Of a stretch of 64,000 nucleotides of DNA, positions 24,368-35,649 are shown in pieces (the first letter of the stretch is position 1; each line of letters begins with the position of its first letter). The stretch is from Nemertoderma westbladi (taxonomy: Eukaryota; Animalia; Xenacoelomorpha). Location of the stretch: positions 1 through 64,000 of the forward strand of contig JAUCBJ010002315.1 in assembly GCA_032718475.1 (NCBI GenBank), read 5' to 3'. The notes under the pieces were generated by a model that worked only from the letters and a program-made list of their open reading frames with translations, searched no databases and was not told the origin of the DNA. The position numbers were made by a program, and so were the translations under genes.

Positions 24368-25034
24368 TCATTGGTTGCTAGGGGGAGGGGGCGGTGGGGT
24401 AAACCCGATAGACGGGGGGAGGCGCTGACGCATAGGGGGGCCAACTCCTGGGGGAGGGGGCTGCCCCATCCCGGGGGGCGGCCCGAGACCAGGGGGGTGG
24501 ATCATTCCACCCCGTGGGGGCAGCATCCCAGGAGGGGGGATGCCCCCCATCCCTGGGGGAGGAGGTCCCCGGAACTCCCCACGATGTAGGGGCCCCCTAA
24601 ACCGAGGGGGCGGCGGCCCTCTGGCTCGCAAGGGGGGCGGAGGGCCGCCTCGGAAGGCCCCCATCATGGGGGGAGGAGGGGGCGGGCGCGGCGGGGGGTA
24701 CCGCATGTGGGGGGGCGGGGCGCCCCGTGGGGGGCCGTCCCCCCCGTCGTGGGCCGGGGGAGGGGGCAGCGAGGGGACCCCGGGGGGAAGGGATCTCTCT
24801 TCCTCCCGATTGCTGGTCGACTCCTCTCTGTCCTTGGGATCCGTCTTGAAGGCGAACTGCAGATGGAACTGGTGGGTATCTTTGTTCCAAGTGCTCCAGA
24901 ACTTCGGCTCCGATTTATCCACTTCTCGCGAAGGTACTTTGAAGGCGATCGTCTCGTACGGCTCGGCCGAGAACAGAACGTACTGCCATCGTTTATCGGG
25001 AGGTTCAACCCGCTGTTCGTAAGCCGACATAAAC
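24368..25034 (-). CDS. SF3A2: Splicing factor 3A subunit 2 (SAP62/Prp11), coding exon 4 with Pro/Gly/Arg-rich tail
   Basis: Acceptor TATTAG|G. It encodes (R)FMSAYEQRVEPPDKRWQYVLFSAEPYETIAFKVPSREVDK...FW..WN...F.LQF.FK (conserved SF3A2 beta-sandwich domain), then a proline-rich tail. The TGA stop is at 24370-24368. Confidence 0.95.
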
Positions 25035-25790
25035 CTAATAAACGAAAACCCGAGATAAACAGTCATTCCATCCCATAAATCTAATATAATAAGCCTCATT
25101 GTGTAGGCAAGGCATCATGGAACCACAGATTAAAATACACAATTACTCAATTCAAATTATTGTGACACACAAAAAAATAAAATAAACCTTCACCTTAAAA
25201 ATAGATCGATATGTACCGGAGTCCCAATTTTGAATTCAATTTTGTTAAAGTAATCAGTTTATGGGGCTGTAAACCGGTGTTTTGTTTGCCAACATTATTA
25301 TTACATATATGATGACACTGTGACCTTAATATTAGTAAGAGAAATTAAATTAAAATAAATAATGGATTACTAGATAGTTTACAGAAATATTAATGAGATA
25401 TAATTAATGTAGCAACGTGTAAATGTAATCAATAATCAGTTCTACAGGTGACGGTTGTTAATTCGCCGGAATAACGTGAGGCATTCGCAGGAAACTAAGC
25501 CGGAAAATTACAAATATATCGGTAGATTATTAACAACGCATTCCTGCTATCCCGTGGTTGGATTATATAGTGTAGATGCGTCCTCCATCACTAAGCCTAC
25601 ACTTTCATTAAGCCTTTGGGACGTATCTCACTCTCTGGACTTGTCGTCTTGATAACGCCTTCTGGCAATCAAACAAACAGCTGATTACATGCAACCAATT
25701 GCTCTTTAGATACCTACCGCTAACTCACTTATAGAAAATTAAAATATAAAAGCTTTAAAAATTTACGATTTATCGATATGAATTGATTAC

Positions 25791-25930
25791 CTATGCCGTG
25801 GAGTGACGTCATCCACTATTTCCGGATATTCGATAAGAAACAACAAACTCTGCTGACCGGTGGAGGGATCCCGTTGCTTAGTAACCCGGTAACCAGGTCG
25901 GCCTATCTTAACGTATTTCCGGAACGGAAC
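25791..25930 (-). CDS. SF3A2: SF3A2 coding exon 3
   Basis: Acceptor CAACAG|. It encodes VPFRKYVKIGRPGYRVTKQRDPSTGQQSLLFLIEYPEIVDDVTPRH(R). The donor AG|GTAAT (phase 2) is compatible with exon 4. Confidence 0.95.
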
Positions 25931-26021
25931 CTGTTGAAGAAATGTTTTAAGGTTTAGAAAAATTAAAATATATGGAAATACCACCGGCAAAGAGTAGGAC
26001 GTAAACCTTTTATTGACTACA

Positions 26022-27240
26022 TGTGTGGGGCGAGCGAGCGAGTTTAGCATACAGGTACCACTAACTCAATCGGTGTGTCTGTTGGGGGGCGAGCGACGAA
26101 AGTAAGCGAGTTTAGCATACAGGTACCACTAACTCAATCGGTGTGTCTGTTGGGGGGCGAGCGACGAAAGTAAGCGAGTTTAGCATACAGGCACCACTAA
26201 CTCAATCGGTGTGTCTGTTGGGGGGCGAGCGACGAAAGTAAGCGAGTTTAGCATACAGGTACCACTAACTCAATCGGTGTGTCTGTTGGGGGGCGAGCGA
26301 CGAGAGTAAGCGAGTTTAGCATACAGGTACCACTAACTCAATCGGTGTGTCTATTGGGGGGCGAGCGACGAAAGTAAGCGAGTTTAGCATACAGATACCA
26401 CTAACTCAATCGGTGTGTCTATTGGGGGGCGAGCGACGAAAGTAAGCGAGTTTAGCATACAGATACCACTAACTCAATCGGTGTGTCTGTTGGGGGGCGA
26501 GCGACGAAAGTAAGCGGGTTTAGCATACAGGTACCACTAACTCAATCGGTGTGTCTGTTGTGGGGCGAGCGACGAAAGTAAGCGAGTTTAGCATACAGGT
26601 ACCACTAACTCAATCGGTGTGTCTATTGGGGGGCGAGCGACGAAAGTAAGCGAGTTTAGCATACAGGTACCACTAACTCAATCGGTGTGTCTATTGGGGG
26701 GCGAGCGACGAAAGTAAGCGAGTTTAGCATACAGGTACCACTAACTCAATCGGTGTGTCTATTGGGGGGCGAGCGACGAAAGTAAGCGAGTTTAGCATAC
26801 AGGTACCACTAACTCAATCGGTGTGTCTATTGGGGGGCGAGCGACGAAAGTAAGCGAGTTTAGCATACAGGTACCACTAACTCAATCGGTGTGTCTATTG
26901 GGGGGCGAGCGACGAAAGTAAGCGAGTTTAGCATACAGGTACCACTAACTCAATCGGTGTGTCTATTGGGGGGCGAGCGACGAAAGTAAGCGAGTTTAGC
27001 ATACAGATACCACTAACTCAATCGGTGTGTTGTTGTGGGGCGAGCGACGAAAGTAAGCGAGTTTAGCATACAGGTACCACTAACTCAATCGGTGTGTCTG
27101 TTGGTCTGCCGTGTTCAATTTTAAATGTTACTAACTCAGCCAAATCTTAATTAAATCTATCCAAACTTGGTACAGATGTTGTTTGGCCAAAGTTTAGAAA
27201 TTTTCCAAGTTGAATTTCCGTGTGGCCTTCGAGAAGCTAA
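26022..27240 (+). mobile_element. Helentron/DINE-like element whose 68-bp head is amplified about 16-fold in tandem (SF3A2 intron 2)
   Basis: The 68-bp unit GGGGGCGAGCGACGAAAGTAAGCGAGTTTAGCATACAGGTACCACTAACTCAATCGGTGTGTCTRTTG repeats from about 26025 to 27103. It is followed by a body matching 4920-5045. Confidence 0.8.
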
Positions 27241-28035
27241 GATAATAGCAGTTAAATAGTTAATTAAGTTGATTAGGGTAATAACAACATTTTCAAGCCT
27301 GTCTTTTAATGGAAATTAATTATTTTATAGTATAAGATATAAATAATTATACTTAAAAGTTATACAGCTGTAAATCCCCATACACCATTCCATTATAGTT
27401 TTTAATTAGTTCAAGTGATTTGCTTTAAGAAATGTGTTTTTAATTGATCTAAACGTAATTAAGCCACCAAAATGCCCTCGTCACTCTATACCTCTCTCAT
27501 TCCTTGGCATACAAGCTATTGCCTATTAGATGGAACCAGTCCAATCAACTCATCACTACTTGGCAACGGGTAATTACATCTATAGGACATAGGCAAGGAA
27601 GGCACTACTGGTGTAAAGTGACTAATAAATTAAGTCAGCTTGCTTTACAGTATTTATCTAGCAACATGATAGCCTGGAGTATTTAATCATATTATTTAGA
27701 ATAATTAGCGAAATAATTTCGTTGAGTCGTTGACATGATAAATTAATATTTCAGTATTAATACTATCGGCATAAGGTAAGTTTTAATAATTTTTACAAAT
27801 TGGGTTGCCTCCGCAGATAAAAATATATTACTTTTAAAACACTAATTTCCTGTTAATACGTCTGCCTTTCATTAATCCTTTATGCTCCTTTGGGTTGGGG
27901 TGGTGCAGATTAAGAGGGCGGTTGAAGCGAGGGGGGAACTTTCCTCTCTTCTTTGATTTATTATTTTATTGGCAGTTTGGTCAAATTTCTTAAGTACCGA
28001 TTTTGGGATAGAAGTGCTCAATTTTAATCTGTATC

Positions 28036-28115
28036 TGATAACTGAGCCTCGTCCTGCGCGAAGGCCCAATGAACTTGTACCAAGTTCGTTTCCGTTACGT
28101 GGCTCGCCCCACATA
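28036..28115 (-). mobile_element. Internally deleted copy of the same DINE-like family
   Basis: Contains GCTCGCCCCAC (reverse of the head), TGTACCAAGTT (reverse of the core) and GCGCGAAGGCCC (reverse of the 3' end). The same end is also seen at about 8206-8245. Confidence 0.5.
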
Positions 28116-28489
28116 CAGTATTACCTGCACTTTATAATAAAGATGGGATTTTGTGGTTTTTCTGAGAGTTTATAATAAAGATGGGATTTTGCGGTTTTTC
28201 TGAGAGTTTTAAAGTTGTTTCAAATTGTATAAACAATAATTAAGTTTTAGCGAATAAGTTAGAATGATTTCAGTGTTCAGGACTAGATATAGATCTAATC
28301 ACTCCGTAGGCCAGGCCAACACATACTAAGAGCACAAACACAGTATATTGGGGTATTCATATATGCGCATAAATCTTGAAACAGTTATGCATTTAAATGT
28401 CCTGTAACGAATGCCTTGAAAAATAAAATTCAAATAAGGCCTCCTAACATGGTCTCTGTAGCTCGTCTATAAACATAACAATAACTCAC

Positions 28490-28683
28490 TCTAGATTTGA
28501 CGGGAGCGGCTGTGGCTGGTTGGTCCTGTGCGTCTCTGGCTGCCCGTCTACCCAGGTTGTATTGGTGTTTCTTACCCTGAGTGTGGGCGAGGTAACTACC
28601 CTCGTTCGTGTGTAGCGTCAAACACAGTTTACATTCGTATGAACCCAAGTGGTTCCTCATAAAGTACGGGTCTTTATTTAAAT
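28490..28683 (-). CDS. SF3A2: SF3A2 coding exon 2 (U1C/matrin-type C2H2 zinc finger)
   Basis: Acceptor TTTTCAG|. It encodes DLNKDPYFMRNHLGSYECKLCLTLHTNEGSYLAHTQGKKHQYNLGRRAA...KSR. The donor is |GTGAGT. Confidence 0.96.
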
Positions 28684-29298
28684 CTGAAAACAAAACATTT
28701 ATAATGATATATTGAATATATATAATGAATTGAATTATATAATATTGAATGAATATTAAATTATATAATGAATTACATTATTAAACTATTATATTAAATG
28801 AACTTACCTTGGTGCTGTTCCTCCCGGCAATACTTTCATTGTGCAACTCCGTACTGCAGCTGCAGTTGCCGTATAATAGACATGCTGTGCTGTACCGGTA
28901 GGCCTTACAGCCTTAAGGACTATACCGTTACCGGTATTATTTAGTTTTAATACCGATATGTGTGTGATAGTTCTGCTTGTTTTAATTTAGTCTGTCAAAC
29001 TGGAGTTGAATACAATACTGCAATAGGCCCCTACAGCAATACAAGGCATAGGCTGATAGGCCAGCAAAAATACGTACCGGTACCGGTTCCCTGGCTGCCT
29101 GGTACCGGTACTGCCTGGTAATAATTGCAATACAACAATCAGACTATACTGCTATAGCTTTATAATCTGATAATATTATAGCAGTACAGCAGTAACTGCA
29201 GTCAGGCAGTAGGCCTATATTCTGATACTGGTTGTCTGGCAGTATGGTGTAGGCTGTAGTCAGGCCTACCGGTACCTACTTCATACTTCTGAACTTAC

Positions 29299-29413
29299 CA
29301 ATAGTTTCGAGTGCGAGTAATCGCAATCTTTCTCTACGATCCCTATTTGATTCTGAGTCCGAAGCTACACCGCCACTCCCGGTTTTCCCACCGGCTCGGT
29401 GTTGAAAATCCAT
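29299..29413 (-). CDS. SF3A2: SF3A2 coding exon 1 (absent from the supplied ORF track)
   Basis: ATG at 29413 encodes MDFQHRAGGKTGSGGVASDSESNRDRRERLRLLALETI, the conserved SF3A2 N-terminus. The donor G|GTAAGT (phase 1) matches exon 2. A 5'UTR intron is possible at 29433-29587. Confidence 0.96.
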
Positions 29414-31185
29414 CCCGATCGAGTGATGAGACCTGTGTCTGTAGCAGTGTAGGGCTGTCGGGTAATCTCTGCAACTCCAACTGTAGAACTGAGGAACTGA
29501 GCTAGCTCAGTAGCTGGCTAGAGATACAGCAGTACAGAACTACCGGTGCGTACTACTGTACTAGTCTGCCAGTTGCCAGTACCTTACCTAACAACTGAAC
29601 GACCAGACGACTGAACGAAAACAGATAATACTGTAATACTGTCAGACCAGCAGACTCTATAATACAGTAATAGACTGACAGACTGATAGGCCGGCCTACC
29701 AGCCTACTGCTGTACTGTAATACCAAGACCGCAGACCGCACGATTAACTGTGAACTGAGGGATTTACTTTTCAACTTTTTTTTATTTTTTTACTTTAGCT
29801 GTTTAGTAAAGCATATGATCGAGTTCCATGCGGATTGCTTATAATTAAGTTGTTAAGTTTAGGCTGTGTGGTTATAATATTTTGAAGGCTATTATTTCGT
29901 TATACTGTAATACAATAACGAAAAAATCCGTACATACAGTATTCAGGTGTGCGTCAGGGTGCTCCGACTAGTTTGTTTCTGTTCACCGTTTATAATGTAT
30001 ATAAATACATTATAAACTACACTTTCAAATATGCTAAATAAATTATGTTCTAACAACTCATATTTAAAACAGTTACACGCAATCATATTTTTTGGACGAC
30101 ACTGTTATTTTTGCGGAAAGTCGTAATACTGTAGCTCTGTTTAGAAAAAATAAAGGTTCTACTCAAGTTTTGCGATTCTCACGGTATGAGAATTAATTAC
30201 AGTCAGACAAAATTTATGGTTGTAAATGGTAGTGCTACTGACAGGGCGGATTTCGATGTTGGTGGCATAATTATTAAGAATACAAATAGTTACACTTACC
30301 CTTAAACGTAGTTTTAAACGCAATTAGTTAAACGTATTTGAAGTATAGATTTCACACCATTTTTACACCTCTTCATCTTAACCAAGAATAAAGAGAAGTG
30401 GTGAAATTATAACATGATTATGATACATATGTTGAAGGCAGACTCTAGGTAATGATTCTCAAATATAACTTATATGGATGTAACTATTTTTCTTACAGAT
30501 CTGTAAAAAAATTTGGGCAAGGAGCAGGATTCGTCCATCGACCTCTAATGACTGCGAATAACGAATGACCTGTATAGCAACTAAACTGTAGGTGTATTTA
30601 TTTTGATTGGTGAACGAGGTCTACAAGTACCGGTGTCACAGGCGGAAATGCCCACTCTCAGCGCAGAATCCCCCCCCCGGGCATTTTCGCCTAGCGCTAA
30701 ATACCCCCCCCCCCCCCCCCCCACCCAGAGTATTTGGCCACAGATTTCGAGAGTGGCGGTCCAAAACCCTAATTCAAAGTAAAATGGCGGCCCGAAACCC
30801 TAATTATGGGCCAATGGCAAGAGTCCAAAATTCCACAATATTTCTTAGATTAGAGCCTCATGACTTAATGGGAGCAGGTTCCAGAAGCAGGCTTTTTTAA
30901 CCAAAACTATAAACGAGCACCTTACCAATTGAGGGAACGGAGCGTTACATAAAGGGCTATTCTAACCAAAATAATAAACTTTACGTATTGGTGAAAGGAG
31001 CATGTTACAGAGGCGGGCTTTTCTAACTAAAACTATAAACGGTCACTTTACCATTTGGGGGAAAGGAGCAGGTTACAGAGGTGGGCTTTTCTAACCAAAA
31101 CAATAATAAACGATCACAATTACCAATTGAGGGAAAGTTGCAGGTTACAGAAGCGGGTGTTTCTAACCAAAACAATAAACGATCA

Positions 31186-32503
31186 AGAGTTAATTGTTAA
31201 TTTATTTATTAATCAAGCACGTTAAGTAAAATCTTACCGGTAGGTATGTCAGTGCCAAAGTATGTAAAAATCTAAAAAGTAACAAGACCTAGACGTTGCA
31301 TGCAATCAGTGATCAGCTGACGGCAGCCAGCTGATCGGTAGGTTTCGCCCCGCAACTGAAGCCAAGCAATCAGGAGGCCCAGCCAGGAAATGTAGAGAGA
31401 GATTCCCAAAGGGGGACGGAACAGGTAACGAAATGAAGATGAGAGAAAATAAGATACCCTTGAGACCCTTGTCCTTTCTTGATTTGGTTGTCACTCGGGT
31501 TGACTATGCTCTTTCAACAGCGTGGTTCCGCAAGCCTACAGATACTGGGCTCGTTCTCAATGCCACTGCGTGTGCCCCTAAGTATCACAAGCGCGGTGTA
31601 GTTCGTGGTATGTTTCATCGCATCTTTAATGCCAGTAAGGGTGGGGATGGTTCCCAACTCTATACCGCTATTGGGGATGCTAAGAATATTCTTAGCAATA
31701 ACCAATATACTGATACGATGGTCGAGCATGAGCTAGCCGTACTGTAGTTCAAGCGTGCAGGAAGAGGTTCTGGGGGCGAGGCACCAACAGCTGTTCCAAC
31801 TGAGGTCATTGACCAGGTCGACCAGGCAGCTGCTGATGATTCCAAGCCTATCATCTGTACAGTAAGTTCGAGTACTGATCTGTTTGTTCGAAAGTTACGT
31901 GGTCTTATACCCAGGTCTTGTACACGGCCAGTTCGGTTTGCTTTTACATCATCTTAACTGCGCCAGTTACTCCCATCTCTCAAACACCCCATCCCGGAAA
32001 TCCTTGCGTCTAACGTCGTTTACTCTTTCTCTTGTCCCTCTTGTAAGGGGGGATATGTTGGACACACCATCCAACACTTGTTTGAACGCGTTAGACAGCA
32101 CCAGGATGGGACAGCCAATGATGGGAGCGAACAGGGTAAGACTGTGCACAACCACATACGCAGAAACGTGACAGGCGCAAGTTTACGGTGCTGCTTCCCA
32201 GTGGTTAGTTAGAGTACAGACATATCTTCATTTCGTTACCTGTTCCGTCCCCCTTTGGGAATCTCTCTCTACATTTCCTGGCTTGGCCTCCTGAGAATGC
32301 CTTCAGTTGCGGGGCGAAACCTACCGATCAGCTGGCTGCCGTCAGCTGATCACTGATTGCATGCAACGTCTAGGTCTTGTTGCTTTTTAGTTTTTACATA
32401 CTTTGGCACTGACATACCTACCGGTAAGGTTTTTACTTAACGTGCTTGATTAATAAATAAAATAAAATTAACTCTTTATTATTAGATTTTCAAGCTTTTA
32501 CTT
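31186..32503 (+). mobile_element. 5'-truncated Penelope-like retroelement (PLE) with inverted pseudo-LTRs
   Basis: Inverted repeats of about 255 bp at 31186-31440 and 32224-32475, with an extra 3' tail to 32503. The 13-bp direct repeat CAATAAACGATCA is at 31173-31185 and 32504-32516. The interior has PLE RT-thumb and GIY-YIG motifs. Confidence 0.88.
31442..32170 (+). pseudogene. Disrupted PLE ORF: RT C-terminus/thumb plus GIY-YIG endonuclease
   Basis: LSFLDLVV...WFRKPTDTGLVLN...P..HKRGVVRGMFHRI (RT motif 7/thumb). After a stop and a frameshift comes LKHPIPEILASNVVYSFSCPSCKGGYVGHTIQHLFERVRQH from about 31979 (VVY...CxxC...YVG...R, GIY-YIG type). Confidence 0.85.
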
Positions 32504-33198
32504 CAATAAACGATCACTTTAGCAATTGGGGAAAAGAGCAGGTTACATAAATGGAATTTTCTAACCAAAACAATAAACAATACCACTTTACAAAATTGAG
32601 GAAAAGGAGCATTTTACGGCGTCATTATTTTACATTATGTACAGTTGTATATATCCTTTATTGGGTCAACCTCTCTGCTTTTTAGCCGGCCCGGACATTT
32701 TCGATATCAGTGTGTTTTCGCTATCAAATGGGGAATAAGTAGATGGTACCACTACAGCTACCCATAACATTACAGAAGTCATGATCCATTTTAAATGCAT
32801 TATCCAGATTTGTATCAATTACCGTATCTAAAATTTATTAATTATTTAAAAAGGTAGCGCGGTCAGCCGGAACTAAAATTCTGATATAAGTTTATTAATT
32901 TACCATCATTCTCTCATTTACAACAAACTGTTTAGGCTACATATCAGAGTACCGGTATCAGTATATCTATTGTATTGTACATTATATTATTATTGCATAT
33001 CATAATATATCATTATATACATATTGTATATTGTACAGTATAACGCTATATAATTATTTCTAAGGTATAGGCTTTATACCTAAGAATTTTTTCTATCATC
33101 TTTACATTATACCTACATACAATACAGCAATACTGCAAAATACTACTCTATATACTAATACCGGTTCTGATAACCTAAGAGAACAGCAGTAGTATAGA

Positions 33199-33393
33199 AA
33201 CCGGTAGCATGGAACTTAACCGCAAATTTCAGGCTGGCATAAAAAGTAAAAAAAGAGGACACTATGAGTGATTTTAAAGGACAATAAAAATTATCGCAAT
33301 AATTTTTATTGTCCGTTTAAATCCTTTTTTTGTCCTTTTTTTTTATTTTTTATGTCCTCCAAAAGTCTAATGTTAGGTTCCATGCTACCGGTT
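33199..33393. mobile_element. Fold-back (near-palindromic) MITE of about 195 bp
   Basis: The termini AACCGGTAGCATGGAACTTAAC and GTTAGGTTCCATGCTACCGGTT match at 21/22. There is a central palindrome, GGACAATAAAAATTAT...ATAATTTTTATTGTCC. Confidence 0.7.
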
Positions 33394-33398
33394 ATTAA

Positions 33399-34023
33399 AT
33401 GGGAGCGAGGTGTGTGATATTAATGGGAGCGAGGTGTGTGATATTAATGGGGGCGAGGTGTGTGATATTAATGGGAGCGAGGTGTGTGATATTAATGGGA
33501 GCGAGGTGTGTGATATTAATGGGGGCGAGGTGTGTGATATTAATGGGGGCGAGGTGTGTGATATTAATGGGAGCGAGGTGTGTGATATTAATGGGGGCGA
33601 GGTGTGTGATATTAATGGGAGCGAGGTGTGTGATATTAATGGGAGCGAGGTGTGTGATATTAATGGGAGCGAGGTGTGTGATATTAATGGGAGCGAGGTG
33701 TGTGATATTAATGGGAGCGAGGTGTGTGATATTAATGGGAGCGAGGTGTGTGATATTAATGGGAGCGAGGTGTGTGATATTAATGGGGGCGACGTGTGTG
33801 ATATTAATGGGAGCGAGGTGTGTGATATTAATGGGAGCGAGGTGTGTGATATTAATGGGAGCGAGGTGTGTGATATTAATGGGAGCGAGGTGTGTGATAT
33901 TAATGGGGGCGACGAGGTGTGTGATATTAATGGGAGCGAGGTGTGTGATATTAATGGGAGCGAGGTGTGTGATATTAATGGGAGCGAGGTGTGTGATATA
34001 ATGGGAGCGAGGTGTGTGATATT
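33399..34023. repeat. 24-bp minisatellite (ATGGGAGCGAGGTGTGTGATATTA), about 26 copies
   Basis: A highly homogeneous tandem array with one common A/G variant. Confidence 0.97.
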
Positions 34024-34151
34024 GTGAGGGGTGTGAGGAATCTATGCCAAACCTGTTGGTATTCGTATCTAATTGTTTGCTATCAATCAATCAATCATCC
34101 CAATCACCCCCCCCCCCCCCTCCCCCACCCCCCGCTTCCTTCGAGCAAAAA

Positions 34152-35648
34152 CCAGACTGTCCCACCCAGCATGTCCCACCCAGACTGTCCCACCCAGCCT
34201 GTCCACCCAGATTGTCCCACCCAGCCTGTCCCACCCAGACTGTCCCACCTAGCCTGTCCTACCCAGCCTGACCCACCCAGACTGTCCCACCTAGCCTGTC
34301 CCACCCAGCCTGTCCCACCCAGCCTGACCCACCCAGCATGTCCCACCCAGCATGTCCCACCCAGCATGTCCCACCCAGCCTGTCCCGCCCAGGCTGTCCC
34401 ACCCAGCCTGTCCCACCCAGCCTGACCCACCCAGACTGTCCCACCCACCCTGTCCCACCCAGACTGACCCATGCAGACTGTCCCACCCAGCCTTTTCCAC
34501 CCAGCCTGTCCCACCCAGACTGTCCCACCCAGCCTGTCCCACCCAGCCTGTCTCACCCAGCCTGTCCCACCCAGCCTGACCCACCCAGCCTGTCCCACCC
34601 AGCCTCTCCCACCCAGACTGTCCCACCCAGCCTGTCCCACCCAGCCTGTCCCATCAAGCCTTTCCCCCCCAGACTGTCCCACCCAGCCTGTCCCATCCAG
34701 ACTGTCATACCCAGCCTGTCCCACCCAGCCTGTCCCACCCAGCCTGTCCCATCCAGCCTGACCCACCCAGCCTGTTCCACCCAGCCTGTCCCACCCAGCC
34801 TCTCCCACCCAGACTATCCCACCCAGCCTGTCCCACCCAGCCTGTCCCATGCAGCCTTTCCCACCCAGACTGTCCCATCCAGCCTGTCCCATCCAGACTG
34901 TCCTACCCAGCCTGTCCCACCCAGCCTGTCCCACCCAGCCTGTCCCAACCAGCCTGACCCACCCAGCCTGTCCCACACAGCCTGTCCCACCCAGCCTGTC
35001 TCACCCAGCCTGTCCCACCCAGCCTGACCCAACCAGACTGTCCCACCCAGCCTGTCCCACCCAGCCTGACCCACCCAGACAGTCCCACCCAGGCTGTCCC
35101 ACCCAGCCTGTCCCACCCATCCTCACCCACCCAGCCTGTCCCACCCAGCCTGACCTACCCGGACTGTCCCACCCAGCATGTCCCATACAGCCTGTCCCAC
35201 CCAGTATGTCCCGCCCAGTATGTCCCACCCAGACTGTCCCACCCAGCTCCCCCCCCCCCCTCCCTCCCAGCATGTCCCACCCAGTCTGTCCCTCCCAGCC
35301 TGACCCTCCCAGCATGTCCCACCCAGCCGGTCCCACACAGCCTGTCCTACCCAGTCTGTCCCACACAGCCAGTCCCACCCAGTCTGTCCCACCCAGCCTG
35401 TCCCACACAGCATGTCCCACCCAGTATGTCCCACACAGCCAGTCCCACCCAGTCTGTCCCACACAGCCAGTCCCACCCAGTCTGTCCCAGCCAGCATTTC
35501 CCACATAGCATGTCCCACCCAGTCTGTCCCACACAGCCTGTCCCACCCAGGCTGTCCCACCCAGCATGACCCACCCATCCTGTCCCACCCAGCCTCTCCC
35601 ACCCAGCATGTCCCACCCAACCTGTCCCACCCAACCTGTCCCAACCAG
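34152..35648. repeat. 14-bp GC-skewed minisatellite (CCCAGCCTGTCCCA), about 105 copies
   Basis: Tandem array with CAGAC/CAGCA/TGACC variants. The minus strand reads GGGTGGGACAGGCT. Confidence 0.95.
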
Positions 35649-35649
35649 C

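Larger units (their letters stand above)
30868..32612. repeat. Degenerate 60-70-bp tandem repeat related to the interior of the MULE-like MITE, split by the Penelope-like insertion
   Basis: GAAAGGAGCAGGTTACAG...TTCTAACCAAAACAATAAAC occurs about 5 times at 30868-31185 and about twice at 32504-32612. The same motif is at 17515-17565 and, reversed, at 6520-6570. Confidence 0.7.

Noticed and set aside
24371-25078. Antisense and alternative-frame ORFs over SF3A2 exon 4 (likewise 9993-10528 over Cdx exon 1)
   Set aside because: These are shadow ORFs of GC-rich, proline-coding sequence with no independent support.
26025-27103. CRISPR-like appearance of the 68-bp array (and of the 20/21-bp array)
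   Set aside because: The units are head-to-tail near-identical with no unique spacers, there are no cas genes, and the context is eukaryotic and intronic.
30760-30805. Two AAACCCTAA telo-box motifs and a YY1-like AAAATGGCGGC
   Set aside because: They lie in what looks like the terminal region of a MULE-related repeat, 1.3 kb from the SF3A2 start. They cannot be supported as promoter or interstitial telomere from sequence alone.
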